A stretch of 63,598 bases of DNA, filler included, from Saprolegnia diclina VS20 (taxonomy: Eukaryota), in NCBI RefSeq assembly GCF_000281045.1. It is 9 parts of 5 records of this genome, joined end to end, with 100 filler letters (N's around TTAATTAATTAA, not from the genome) between each part and the next. Parts side by side here need not be neighbours in the genome. Positions count along the whole stretch, not along the records: positions 1 to 28,280 come from NW_008246231.1; 8 more parts are not named here. The stretch is one strand, 5' to 3'. The position numbers and the translations under genes were made by a program. Below are positions 11,267 to 24,900 of the stretch, piece by piece. The notes under the pieces are model-generated. The model did not search any database, was not told the DNA's origin, and saw nothing but the letters and a program-made list of their open reading frames with translations. Position 1 is the stretch's first letter; each line of letters starts with the position of its first letter.

Positions 11267-11843
11267 GGAGCTTAATTTATGTCCGTGCTTTATCTTCGTC
11301 AAATGCCATGGCCCCGACCTCGCTGCGTCCAGTCCTAAAATACTCGAACAGATTGGAGACCGTCCAGGTCTGCATCATAGTCCCAAACGTTTGTTTCCAC
11401 ATACCGGTCGTGGTGCATTGCTCTGCGCTTGGTCGAATAGCAGCTAGAAACGCCTCGTGGAAGAGGTTTTCCGCGCAAGTCGGAGCGATCTAGAAGACCA
11501 CGATCCAAAAGCAAACACAAAATCCAAGATCCAAAATCCAGGCGCAGAGCAAGCAAGCTCAAGCCATTTCCAAATTGGTAGTGTCAGTCAAACAGCTAAC
11601 CCGCCTCGCCCACCACGGGCACGGCGGACACCGACACGGATGTTGCCCCCAAGTAGTTCGGTCTTGGTAGAGGAAACGCAGATTGAGTGAATCTGTCCAA
11701 GACTTCGTGATCGCACCGATGCACTTATACTACCAGTCCATTGGTGTGACGACGACTGTGACGGCGCATTGGTCGGCGCTATCTTACATCATGGACATAG
11801 CCACGGGATGGATTAAGTTAGTCACGAGGACGACAACGTATGT

Positions 11844-13926
11844 CTAGGTGCTGGATTGGTCGGTCGGCTGCAGCGAAAAGCGCTGGGAGGTAGCGCGCGA
11901 GCACTTGGCGATCGTGGGCTGCATCGGTCGCCGCGCATCCAAGCAGGAGGCGCCGTCACCGTGCGTCAGCCGCAGCGTCTTCTCGTCGTAGGCCCACTGC
12001 ATGCTCATGTCGTTGTCGTCGCACGCGGCAAGCGCAACGCGCTTCGTGTCGTCGTCGCTCTGAAGGCAAAGGCTCGATGCAGAGTGTTTTAGGAGCCCAT
12101 CGGTCGTGCGCAGCAGCCACACGCCGCCATCGTACGGGTACTTGCGCGCGCGAAACTGGACCGTCTCGTTGCGGTACAGCACGAGGCGGGCGCCGGTCGA
12201 GTTGAGAAAGATGCGCACCGGCGCAGGTCTGTCGTCGTCGTGGCTACCGCTGCTACTGCCGTCGTGGCTACGACTGCTGCTGTCGTTCTTGCCGCTGCTG
12301 TTCTTGCTGCCGTCCTTGCTACTGTCGGTGCCGTCGGAGATGATGTGCAGCGTCTGGTCGGGCGACGAAGTGTCGCAATCGACGAGCGTCAACGACATCT
12401 TGGTGGACGCCGCCAAGCACTTGCTGTTGGGTCGGTACACGAGCTGGTGGTTGCGGAAGATCCATTTTTGGTTGTAGTTGATGCGCTGGCACGGGTAGCC
12501 CTTGATGTCGAGCGCCGCATACGCCGACGTGGTGCCGTACGAGGCGTCGAGGCAGAGGCCCGAGACCGACGACCGGAGCTGCTGCGTATTTGTGTCGTAC
12601 GCCCAGCGCTCGACCGGCGGCGGACCAAAAAAGGCCACCCAGTTCTCATCCGTTGCCAGCATCGACGTGGCCACCGTCACGTTGGCGCCGCTCTTGAACG
12701 AGAGCACGGCCGCGTTGTTGTACGACGACGTGTCGTTCGACGCATCGTGAGGCAGCCGATGCAGCATCTGACGCATGCTCCAGCGGTTCTGGCCGTCGTA
12801 CATGGTGTCGTCGCCCGCCACCTTCCACGTCCAGTACGTCCAGCCGGCGCCCGCAGCGTTCATCGTGTTGAGCATCTTGCGCATGAACGGCTGGAAGGCG
12901 TCAAGCTTCTTGAAGGTGCCGTTGGCCGTCACAAAGCTCCACTCGCCAAAGAGGAGCGGGTGGCCTTTCCAGGACGAAATGCGCTTGGTGAGGTCGTCGA
13001 CGCCGTTCTTGTGCAAAAGCTTGTCTTCGTCGTAGTCTTCGTAGCCCCAAATAAGATATGGGTGCCACTCGACCCAGACGTTTGTCATCGACTTGTCGAG
13101 GTCCTCGAGCTGCCCCGTGAGCTGCAGCTGGAGCTGCGGCATCATGACGAGGATGCAGTCGGTCTTGGCGCGGAGCTCGTGGTACATGTCGTTGTAGTAT
13201 TGCTTGAGCACCTTGAGGTCCAGGTCCGCGGATGGTTCGTTGAGCAAGCCAAGCCCCAGGAACGCGGGCTCGTGCTGGTACCGGTCGATGAGAAAGTGTG
13301 CAAACGTCTTTGTGGCGGCGACTGTCGCTTCGTCGCCCCACTGAATACCGTCGACGACGCCGCTGTGGTCTTTGCCGTTCTGCGAGCCGGGCGCACCGTG
13401 CAGGCTGATCAGCACCGCCACGTTGTGCTTGAGCGCCCACTTCTTGACGAGCGCATCGAGGTACGAAAGGCCGTTCTCAGCATACACCGAGCACTAGCTT
13501 TCGAATAAGAAACCGATATCTTATTGCAAATCGGTAGTGTACCTGCTTTTTGATCGTGTCGTCCTTGATGTGATCACAGCCTTGGATCCAGTATCCGACG
13601 GGCACGCGGACAGTGTTGAACTTGGCGGCGGCGACGGCCTCCACGTCGGCTTCGGTGATGAACGTGCTGCGGTGGCGTTCAAAAGCGGCTTGGCCCTTGT
13701 GTCCGAGCGCCTTCATGGCATGGTACTCGCCGTGCTCGCACTCGTGGTTTGGTACGTCGTTCCAAATGGACGCGTCCTGCGTCATCCAGTTTTCCGCCAC
13801 GAGCCAGCCACCGAGGTTCACACCGCGCAGGGGCACCTTGCGCGCGCGGACGTCGACTTGGATATGGCCGACGACGGTCGCGCTCAGCAGCGCCAGCGCG
13901 ACAAGGCAGCGGAGAAGAGGTTGCAT
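11844..13926 (-). CDS. Secreted GH5 exo-1,3-beta-glucanase with two C-terminal ricin-B lectin domains (2 exons)
   Basis: Signal peptide MQPLLRCLVALALLSATVVG; motifs RGVNLGGWLV, NTVRVPVGYW, HGAPGSQNG, LLNEP (acid/base), FGEWS (nucleophile). GT-AG intron 13494-13542 joins KKQ|CSVYAENG. CLD/QxW ricin patterns separated by a Ser-rich linker. INR/FPR-like TCAGTTTTGATTTTG at 13932-13946. Confidence 0.9.
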
Positions 13927-15534
13927 GCTCTCAAAATCAAAACTGAACGGCAAAGGCAATCTGGCACGTGGCAGCCTGTGTACGCATGTTTCGAACGCTT
14001 CCATGCGACACCAGGTGGTCACAGCGAAAGTCCAAGCAGCGTCTGCTGGCATTTAAATGCATCTTTTACATTTGAGTAAAACTGTAGTAACAATGTACTA
14101 CATACAACGAGCTAAAAATATGCTGTTTGAAAAGTGACATTGGACGACTACGAATGCGACGGGAAAACGGGTGGGCGCTCTGATACAAGCCTGCAAACCG
14201 TGAACCGTGAACCGTGGCCGCGGGTGGCACGGCGTCTGGCGTGAACAGCGCCCGAGCCAAACTGGATCAGGATATACGACTGCAATAGGAATTCTGTTCT
14301 GGTAACTTTGAATAGCCATGTACGACGACGGCGCCAAACAAAATACGATGTCATACTGGTGCATAGCTGACGACGACCGCATAAAGTGTGGGGAACTAAC
14401 AAACGCGCCTAATAAAAGCGAAGAAGAGAGGACGAGAAGATCGACTTTCGAAAGACGTATCATCGTTCCATCCTGCCGTCGACCACCGCCATGTCGTTCG
14501 AAAGTTGACATGGCCGTTGAACAATAAAAATAGAGCACCAAAGTGTGTAGCAGCCCGTCGGTCAAGTGGTATCATGTACTGTTTTATGCGCTGTACGAGT
14601 GGCCACGAGAGCTCTGTAGAGATGAATATGTCAGTGCACGGTTCACGCAGGCGGCATCCCAGCTATCGAAGCATGTCCATTTTTTACGCGCGTTTTCCGT
14701 CCTCGCAGATGCCTCCGCGCGAGACGCTGTTTGGTCTACACTGGATCATGCACTGGATCGTCGCCACGTAGCCCACATTGCAGACGTGTGCAACCATGTT
14801 TGAGCCGCAGGCTGTCAGATACACTGTAGTGCAAAATACTGTAGCAACATGAAGACCCACACGACAAGATTTGAGTCCAGTAGCCACGCCCACCCACCCA
14901 TCCCCTTCGCCCCAAGCGCCAAGTTCCAATGCCGTTTGCTGAGTTGCAGCCGGCACGCGGAGCAAACTTCACGCGTACGCTCAAATGCATGGGACGTGTA
15001 GCCTCCTGCACCACTCTTTGTGGCGACGACAAACGTGCTCCGGACCAGCGACCGCCAAAGTCCAGTGGCTGACGCTGGCAGTGGCCAGAGTCGGCGCCTT
15101 CAAGTTCCGAGAAGCCACCAATCCCAGCACGGGTGCTACGGTCCAGCGCACGCGCCCGTCTCGTCACCGGTGTCGGTGCCGTCGCCATCGTCGTCGTCGT
15201 ACCGGTGCGCTGGCTGTCGACGTCGTGGCAGCAACAGACATGGGGTCACATCGATGGACCATCGTCGTTATCGCGCGCTGATTGGCTCGTTTTTCAAAAC
15301 TGTCGGTTACGCGAGCTAAAATGGCGCGCGACGACGCAACCGTGACGTATTTTTTTTCTTTTTTTGTGTCGTCCTCCGTATAGTTTCCGACTTTCATACT
15401 AACATCAAGCTATTGCCCGATATTTTTATTCGAAAAGCGTTTCCAGCGTATCCTTCTGTTGTTCGCATCCGGATGCGAGTCGTCCGGATACGCCAATACG
15501 CCATTTTCGCGTTCATTTGGCAACACGCAGGCCC

Positions 15535-17732
15535 ATGGACGACGTCGCGATCGCGCCGCTGCCGGTGGACGCCAAGCTGCCGCCCGCCCTGGACGTCGCC
15601 GCCATGGCCGACGCGCATGCAGGTCTCGAGTCGCCGACGTCCACGGAGCAGATCGCGCCCATGGACGCGGTGGCCATGGAGGAGATTGACAAGCCCAAGG
15701 ACGCGACCGTTGCGCCGACGACCAAGTCGCACGAGGTCGCAGCTGTGGTCGAGGGCCTCTGCGCGCTCAAGATTGAGACGATCGATGCACCCGAGCCGGC
15801 GTCGTCCAAGGTCTCGGCGATGGTCGACGAGATCAAGACGCTCCTCAACTCGCCGACCAAGATCCCGTCCTTGTCCAAGCCCGACAAGCCGTCCATGATC
15901 CCACCGCCGTCGCCGGTCGCCAAGACGACGGCGATCACACATGCCAAGACGACCAAGGGCGCGCCGAGCCCGTTTGCGCACCTCAAACGAAAGTCCATGT
16001 CGCCGACGCAAAAGGACGCGTTGGCCGCGCGCCTGTATACGAAAGCGATGGAGCTCAAGCACAAGCGCGACGAGCTCTCGACGCAAGCCCCGGAAGAGTG
16101 CACGTTCAAGCCCAACACGACCAAGCCCCACATCAAGCACACGTCGTCGGACGCAATGCAGTCGAGCGGACCGTCGTCCGTCACCTCGAACGGGTCGGAC
16201 AAGGACCGGTTCAACATGCTGCACGACCAAGCCAAGGAGCTCGCGCGCCGCAAGGAAGCGCAGAAGCAGTCGGCGCAGGCCGAGTACTCGTTCAAGCCCG
16301 AAATTTCAAAAAAGTCCCGGCGCATGTCGCTGAAGCTCCGTCTCCGCAAAGCGCACAAGGGCGAAAGCGATGCGACCACGATCTCGAGCCCGAGAAGCGT
16401 CGACGGCAAGCCGACCCGGCGCCACGAAGAGCTGTATGCTCAGCACCTCGAGCTCGCGGCGCGGCGAAAGCAGAAGCAGCTCGAGATGGAAGCCAAGACG
16501 GCTGAAGAGTGCACGTTCCAGCCCAAGATCAAGAAGCTCAAGGGCAAATCGCCGGCCAAGAGTCGACCGCTGTACGACGCCGAGCGCGAGCGTCTAAAGC
16601 GCCTCGAAAAGGAGGAGAAGAAGAAGCAGTTTGAGATGGCCGAGTGCACGTTTCGACCGGCGGTCCAGCGCACCAAATCGACCGAGGCCAAAGCCGACGA
16701 CAAGTCGTTTTTGGACCGGATGCAGGAAAACGAGCGCAAGAAGGAAGACCGTCTCGAAGCGCTGCGCAAAGAGCAGGACGAGCGCAAGCTCAAGGAAGCA
16801 ACGTTCCGGCCCAAGATCATCGAGACCAAGTCGTCCAAAGCCCTTGCCGACGACAAGCCGTTCCACGAACGTCTCTTTGATAAAGAGTACTTGCTCCAGC
16901 AGCAAGCGGACCGCGAGCGCAAGAAGCTCGAGCAAGAATCGTTTTCGTTCAAACCGTCGATCGAGTCGTCGCTCGTGTCGATTCCCGAGCGCCACGGCAG
17001 CATTTTCGAAGTACTTGTCTCTACATTGAAAAAGGTATACAGTCTCATGACCACCGTAGCGGCTGCACGACGAAGGTCTCAAGAAGATGGAGCAGCTGAG
17101 CCTCGCCGAGCAACAACGGTTGAAGCGCGAAATGGAAGAGTGCACGTTCCACCCGCACGTGTCGATCGAGCTCAAGGAGCCGCCGACCGAGCCGGTCTGG
17201 GAACGCCTCTCGAACGACAAGAAGCACATTCTCGAAGAGCGCCAGCGGCTCAAGGAAGAGAACGAGGCCAAGGTACCGACACTCGACGTGTTATGATTCG
17301 ATCGGAGTGCATGGTAGGGCTGCACCTTCAAGCCGGACCTTGGCGCGTCGATGCGGAGCCCGGCGCGGCGCAACACGACGCTGCTGCCGCCATCGACATC
17401 GGCGCCGGCCACAGCGCCCCCGGACGTCTCACCGCCCTCGTCGATCGCGCGGCAGTTGCGTCGCCAGACGTCCCCGCAGCTTGATCTGCCCGTGACGGCG
17501 CTCGTCGACGTGGCGGCCGTGCTCACGACAGACGACACATCGATGCCTCCGGTGCGTCTGGCTGCCATGTACTGAAGAGTGATCCTGAATGTCGATATAG
17601 GCGGCACCGAGCCTGTTGCCTCCGTTCCCGCCGGTTGTCGGCGACGAGGTCTCGGAGCAGTCGCGCAGCATCCTCGACAACTACGACTCGTGGGCGGCGA
17701 CGCTCGAGGAGAAGATGCGCGAACTCAAGTAG
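15535..17732 (+). CDS. Coiled-coil protein with eight (E)CTFxP-type repeats (4 exons)
   Basis: Introns 17011-17059, 17273-17317 and 17552-17600 (all GT-AG) give a continuous frame ending EEKMRELK*. Confidence 0.8.
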
Positions 17733-18002
17733 GCGTCTCGGTGTCCCGTGGCGAAGGCGGATGGTTTTCTAAGTTTATAAACGAGTCATTTTTTGTGTTA
17801 TCGTTGAACTCCAAGGTAAACTCCAAGGTGGTCCCGGTACGAGCAGAGGTTAGAGCGCATTTCTTGGCCTGAGACACGCTAGCTATGATAGCGCTCCGTC
17901 ACGTGGACTAAGTTAGGACACTGAAAAAGAGTACGTGGGGTGCGAGTTTCCCGTCCTTTGCACTAAAATTAGTTCACAATCGGAAAGGCGGCCGTAGTAA
18001 CC

Positions 18003-20189
18003 ATGATGACAGGTATCGCGACGACCGAGACGGCGCCCGACAGCATCTTGTGCAAGTCGTGCAAGCAGCTCGTGCACCTCGATGACCTTGGCGACCACGA
18101 CTGCTCTGGGCCACTGCTCTCGCGCGCCAACACGGGCTTCAAGTTGCACGAGGTACTGCCGCCGGTTCCTCCGCTCTCAGTGCCGCGTCCACTGCCGAGC
18201 ATGGCGCAACCGTCGCCAACCAAGTCGCTCACGCCGCGGTCGTCGGTCACCGAGTGGGCGTCGCTGATCCAGGCGCGCATCGCCAAGGTGCTCGTGACAG
18301 CCGAAGGCTACGCGGCGTATGTGATCGTGACGACGCTGTGGCCCAACGGCCCTGAATTCACCGTCGAGCGCCGGTACCGCGAGTTCCATGCGCTCGCCGA
18401 GACGCTGTATGCGATGCACCCGTCGTCGGCGCTGCAGCAACGGCTGCCCCCCAAGCTCTACTGCCAGCAGACGCGCAGTCTCTCGGACGGTTTTCTACTG
18501 CGTCGCAAAGTGGGTTTGGAAGGTACAACACATCGAAATTGATAGCAACCTCTCGAATGCAGTAACAGGCTTCCTCGTCGCGGCCATCGACATGTTCTTG
18601 AACCCGTCGTCGGCCGGACCGTCGGCGAAGCGGACGTTGACACAGCTTCATGTGCTCAACACGTTTCTCGGGCTTCCGGCCGCCAAGGACGTCCACGGTG
18701 CCATGCAAGGTACCATATGTTAGTTCATTTACGTGCTGCGAACGATACCCTAGAGCTCAAAATGCTCTCGTCGGCGCATGGCTGGACGCTCGTGCACGCA
18801 CCGTCGCTGCTCGATAGTCTGTACGAAAAGACGATTGATGGTTTCATGTCGCTCAAGCGCACGACAACGCTGCCATTTCCAGCACGCGCCGTCTTTGACT
18901 TGCTCACGGCGCACCCTGGCTCGGCGTTTGCGGCGAGTACGAACCCGTTCTTGGTGCACGGCGCGATCGTCCGTCGTGAGTCCAACCACGTCTGGGTCGA
19001 GCACCGCTTGTACCGAACGTTTTGGGGCTGCCCGCACGAAGAGCTCCATAGCCTCAAGAGCTGGCGGTGCGTTCGGGCATTTTCCTCGCATTTTCCATGA
19101 TTAGCTATTTATGTACGGTTGTGTAGACTGGAAACGGACGGCACAATTGTCATTGTGACCCTTCCTGCGCCCGCAAGCGACGTGCCGACGGCGTCGCGGC
19201 ATCGCCGCGTCGACTGCGTCCTCCAAGGGTACCTCATCCGCCCCATGGAGAAGAACGCGTGCCACGTGACGATGGTGTTGCAGATGGACTACCGCCGCTT
19301 CTTTGGGTAAGTCAATGTTGCACTAGACCAAGAGGAGCTCATGTGATGTCGTAGGTCGTTTGTGCGGCCGGCGCGCACGCTGCTCCTGCGCCATGCCGCG
19401 GAGCTCAGCGCGATCCAGACGCATCTACAGCGCTCGTTTGACGCAGCTCACTACGAGGCCCTGGGTCCGCTCGTCTCGGCAGACGGGCTCAAGGCCCTCG
19501 AGTTGCACCTCGCTGACACGCAAAGCCTCTCGACGATGGACAAGGACCCGAAAGGTGCAATGTATCCGCCTTGTATCAACTTTGTATCAATTATCCGGAT
19601 AGTGTACGTGGTGTGCCAGCAGATCGAGCCCATGTTTTGCCTCCTCGTGCACAAAAACTCGAACCGAAACGCGCTCGTGCTCAAACTCAACATCGACTTG
19701 CGGTCCCATGACGACGCGCTGCGCTTGCACCCGAAAGAGCCGCTTCTCGCCGAGTGGATCATGTTTGAGAAAAAGAACAATCCTCGGTATCAATCTATCG
19801 AATGCATCGGGTAAACAGTATATATATGGGTCGTAGGAAGGAACTCTCGGCCATTGAGCGCAACACGACGTATCAGTTTTCAACGCGCGCGATTGGCCAA
19901 GGCGTCTTTCTTGTCGCGTTCTCGATGCTGCGGGGTGCGTCGTCCATTATTGAAATATCCCAATATTTAAATATTGCAATTCTCATGGTGATGATACGTA
20001 GGCAAGGAATTCCAGCTGCGCGTCGGCAAAGACGCAGGCTACAACCTCTACAGCACAGTCAAAGGCAAGCCCAACGTGCTCGTAAAGCGCCTGTACTTGA
20101 CGTTTGCGCCGTCGCTCGTCGGCCTCGGCACCCTCGAGTCGGTGCAGATCGTGGGCGACATAGCGTCCGAGCTCGTCGTGCTCAAGTAG
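18003..20189 (+). CDS. PX domain + START-like domain + DUF4833-like C-terminus (8 exons)
   Basis: PX motif FTVERRYREFHAL; START-like KRTTTLPFPARAVFDLL...GYLIRP. GT-AG introns 18523-18568, 18710-18753, 19067-19126, 19307-19354, 19555-19602, 19787-19836 and 19935-20001 maintain the frame to TAG 20187-20189. Confidence 0.8.
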
Positions 20190-20854
20190 ACGCACGACGC
20201 GCCGCTGTCATCGCTTGCATGTTGATTTTCAATGAATTGTCTAGTCAATATCTTGTCGGCACGGTGATCACGATGGGCAGGTGGAATCTAGTACCGCTAC
20301 CCACGGGGCCAAGTCAGTACTACTACGTCAAGAAAAATGCAAAACTTAAGTGTCACCATCTCACTCGCTATCACAACGAGACCAGTGGCGTCGACAATGT
20401 GTACCGTAGGTGAAGGTGCGGGCGTCGTGGCCGCTGAAGCGCGATCTTTTGGTGCTACAGATTATGGGACAAATCCGGGCGTTTGATTGGCTAGTGGGAA
20501 CGATGGAAATGGTCTTTCCACTTCAGCTTGACTTAACACGGAGAATTTGCCATTGCCTATATAAAGAGATAGGTGTTTTGGCGTCCACTGAAAAAGAGAC
20601 AACTTTACAGCGAAATGAACTTGGCGGGAGACAGGCGGTCACACAGGAAGATATTCAAGATTGCCATTGATGCGCAGCGGAGATGCAAAATGGCGTACGT
20701 CGCCGGAAGCCATCCGCGCTTGCCATAGCCGGAGACGACTCTGGGACGGGTCACAGTCGCGCCATCGTCGCTGGGACGGGTCGCCGTCATACCTTGGTTG
20801 CCCACCACCTTGGTCATTCTTCATCTTACTTTGCAGCAGCCCAGTCGATTGACC

Positions 20855-21601
20855 ATGTCGTTCGCCAACGATGACCTCGGCACAACGCTGGACCTCGCAC
20901 CAATTTGCCTCTCGGACGTGGAGTTTAGCGCGACTTTGGGCTATGAAATGGACGAAATCAAGTTCATATTTGAGGCGACGCAGACGCCGTCGCCCCGGTT
21001 TGAGTTGCACGACCACGCCATGTCGATCGAAACCGACCTGACGCCGATGACCAGCTACCACGACTTCCTCATCTCGACGATCAACATGCGGACGGCTGGT
21101 GGCTATTCGCACAACCATCAACCGACCGCGCAACTCTACGCGCAGCTGCAGTCGACGAGCGCCGCCGACAAGTGGGCGCAGCCGCGCCTCGTCGGGATCG
21201 AGTACCTCGTGCGCTGCTTGGGCGGACGGGCGACCTGGCACGCCGGCGTCTTTTCGGCCAAGCACGCGCTGAAGCACAACTGCCTGCACCGCAGCTTGTT
21301 GCGTGCGACCCAAGCCCTCGATCTGCTCTGCGCCGCATTCAGTGTCAAGAACCACGTCATTGCCCTTACGGAGACGGTTCTTGCGGAGCACAAGATCGTC
21401 CTCGCGTACCGAGCGACCATCCGCGTTGACGATCTGCCAGCGGCCAAGACTGTGCTCTCCATCAACTTCTTCAAGCGCCTCAAGGAGCTCAAGGTCGCCC
21501 GCGGCACGTCGTTTGCGCTGACCGCCACCATCACGTGCTGGTACCTCAACGGCTGTGAGATCCACGCCGTCGACCTCGACGCTGATGTGGCCGCGCTCTA
21601 A
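20855..21601 (+). CDS. Hypothetical protein
   Basis: About 248-aa ORF with strong C/G-ending codon bias; TCATTCTT INR-like motif upstream; no recognisable domain. Confidence 0.6.
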   Translation: MSFANDDLGTTLDLAPICLSDVEFSATLGYEMDEIKFIFEATQTPSPRFELHDHAMSIETDLTPMTSYHDFLISTINMRTAGGYSHNHQPTAQLYAQLQSTSAADKWAQPRLVGIEYLVRCLGGRATWHAGVFSAKHALKHNCLHRSLLRATQALDLLCAAFSVKNHVIALTETVLAEHKIVLAYRATIRVDDLPAAKTVLSINFFKRLKELKVARGTSFALTATITCWYLNGCEIHAVDLDADVAAL

Positions 21602-21896
21602 GTTCTAGCATCGTGTCTGTGTGTGCGTAATTTTGTCAACATAATGCGTTTGCATATCATAACGTTAAGTCGGATTATGTGAGTGGTATAGGGTTCTTCT
21701 GCTCGCGCCACTCACCAACACCCAACAAGCTCAGCGACAGAGTCGGTTGATTCATCTCACAGACCAGTGGACCAGTGGTCACAGGCTTGTTGGCNNNNNN
21801 NNNNNNNNNNNNNNNNNNNNNNNNNNNNNNNNNNNNNNNNNNNNNNNNNNNNNNNNNNNNNNNNNNNNNNNNNNNNNNNNNNNNNNNNNNNNNNNN

Positions 21897-21994
<98 letters not shown>
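21897..21994 (+). repeat. (TAGA)n microsatellite, about 24 units, abutting a gap
   Basis: Perfect tetranucleotide repeat directly after the N run. Confidence 0.97.
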
Positions 21995-21995
<1 letters not shown>

Positions 21996-21999
21996 CCGA

Positions 22000-24900
22000 C
22001 TAGCTCTTGATTTTCGATGCGCTGCGGGCTGTCGCCTCGGTGATCGCGCCGTCCACTGCACTCTGCCACTGCAGCGACACAAACAAGAGCACGCCGCGCA
22101 GCGTTTGCAGTCGTGACACGACGTCGTCACTCATCTCGTTGGCTTGCAGCGCACTGACGAGGTCTTCGTACGCTGCTGCCCAGGGTTGCACGTACGTAGC
22201 CAAATACGGAGCGCTCAACGCGACACCAAGATCGTCGCCCAGCCACGCGCTTGCAAGGCGGCGCAAGTGCAGCAAGGCGTCGCTCGTGCGGTAAATTGCC
22301 AAAGCGACCAGCGCCTCGAGCCGGCGCTCCTACGACACACTCGGCATCCTTCCGCCAAGGCGCGTCCTACCGCGGCTACGAACGTCGCCACCGACGAGCA
22401 AAGACATCGGCGGATGCAATCGGCCACAGTCGGCGCCTTGGCGCTAGCCGTGTACATGGCTGTCCAAGCCTCGAGGCGACTCGGGGCTCTCAACGGCTCG
22501 GACTCGCGAGGCGTCGAATTGAGCACCCGTTGGGCGTCCGCCTGCACGGTGTGTGAGGTCTTAAGCCAACACCGATAGGGAGGTGATACCAAGGTGGTAA
22601 AGACCTGCGATAACGCGAGTGGCTGTGTCGTGTACGCCTGCAGCGGTGTCGCCGCTTTGGCCACGTGCAGAAGGTACGACTTGCGGACAACGCGCGCGTC
22701 CACAAGGAGCGAGAGCTCGATTGGATGGAGCGCCCGCACTGCCTTTTCGACCCAGTGCCGCGTGAGATCGCGCTGACTCTGGACGGCTTTGGGGCCGAGG
22801 ATCTTGCTGTCGCCGATGGCCAAGGCGACGACAAGCACGTCTACGTCCGTAGTCATAGACAGATTGTCCTATGTTGGTTTAGGTAACTACCCGACCGCGC
22901 CACGAGACGAAGGACGTCTTGCAGCACTGCATCGCTGAAGAGCTCGATGGCTTTGGTCGACGCATTGTTGCTCTGAACACTCTCGATCACAATGTGCTCA
23001 ATGAACGACACCACGCATCCGTGCGACCACTACGCTTCAAAGTAAACGTCAAGTTGAAAGATTGATACATACCAGCCACGTCGCGTCGGCTTGCAGCGCA
23101 GCCGTCGACTACAGAGTTCTTAGTATCCGACACAAAGCCGCCACGTACAGTGAGAGAGAATAGTGTCGAAGGAACCGTGTACTCTATGCCAAGAAATGTC
23201 GGCGCCGTCGTGAGCCAGGCCCACGTCGCGGCGACAAGTGCCGGCGCGAGGGCAAGCGCAACACCGGTGCCCGCCATGGGTGCCGGGTCGTCGATAAACT
23301 GGACGGTCATCGGGTCGTCTGTCGCCAGCTGTGGCGCAATACGAAACAATGGCATTGCCGCCGGCAACTCCGGTCCCTATCGACGATACCAAGCATAACG
23401 TCAGTACTATCAAGAAGAGGCAAAGTACTTTGGCTTGAAACAAAACAAAGTAGGCGCCTTTAGGACATAGACGCTGGACGAGCGTGGGGTAGATGCTCCT
23501 TGGCGCCAATGTTTGCTCGTACATGATGGACACGAGTGTCGTTTCAAGCGCGGCGTCCAATCGCGTGTCGACCTACACAATAGTATCAGTTTTCTATCGA
23601 CTTGATACTATCGAATGGCGCACCACGTATTGCAGCTGTGTGACGTGCGTCGCGATTGCCCGCGGGTAGCGTCCTTGCGAGAGCGCAGTCTCAGTCTCGG
23701 TAACAACATCGACGCACAGCGCGTCGACGGGCGACCCGAACGATGGCACCACAATTGGGCTAGGGGCAGGCCTGATCGCTGCCTTCTTCTTCTTCCCAAA
23801 GAACGATGTCGGTGCCGCCTTCTCCGCGGCCGCAGGCAATGACGATAGGCTCAATGTACGCAGCGTGTCAACAAGTTGCAGCGCGTCGACCCCGCGTTCG
23901 GACAGCATAATGTCTCTACGATCCATGTCCTCACCTTTCGTGCTGCCACGTCATCGTACCGCGCCAGACTCGACGCAACGCCGTCGACGAGTCCGAGGAG
24001 GCTGTACAAGCTGCTGTGCCAGTGCGGATAGGCGCTCGAGTACGCTGCGTCTCGGACTTCGGGAAGATCAACGAGCGTCGGGAGCACGTGCTCTGTCAAA
24101 TACGCTTGGAGCGGCGGCAAGAAGGAGCTCTCTCGGCTCGTCGCGAGAGCTTTTACCTAGAACCAAGTTTTAACACTTTTGTTGCAGAAAGGTAGTCCAG
24201 ACGCTAGCTGCAATGTCGTGTAGCATAGGAGCAAGATGCTGCACGGCTTTTGTCAGCGTGAGAACCTACATACATTCATAATCCCATGCTAGTAGGAGTA
24301 GGGTCCACCCAACCTCCAAGAGGCGTCGCACCGACTCGACGATGTGACAGAGCTGTGTCAGTAGCGGTTGACATGTGACAGCGAGAATGCTCTCGAGGAC
24401 GTGGGGGGCTGGCGCCTCTGGCGTCCACAGCACATGCAGCAGGAGCTCTTGCAAGCACGCAAGCACATTGTGCTTTGTATGTGCTAGAAGGATGCGATCT
24501 CGTCGAATTGGCTCGGGGCGCTCGGGGTACACATTGCAGAGCCGCGCCACGTACACGCGCAGCGCGTCCGGATGGAAGAAGACGCCTTGTCCCACGTTAC
24601 GATACTTGGCAACTGTCATATTGTGCACCTTGGTCAAGTGCGATGCTTGCATCTTGACAAAACGAGCGGACGGTGGTCGTCGCATCATGATGCAATATGT
24701 AGTCTTTGGTGATTCGCCGGTACCCGCGTTCCTACGTACGTTTGCTCGGCGTCTTTTGTGTTGCAGCGTTGTACGTTGGGTAGCTCGTAAAAGCAAATGT
24801 AGATGCGCGCTCGCGCGATGAGAGCCGCTTTGACTGCGCTTGAGAAGGCGCTGCGCGAGGCGCTGACCATCTCACTGGTCCAAACCTTCTCGGTCGCCCT

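Noticed and set aside
21675..22130. ORFs with LSIY repeats
   Set aside because: Translation of the (TAGA)n microsatellite running into Ns.
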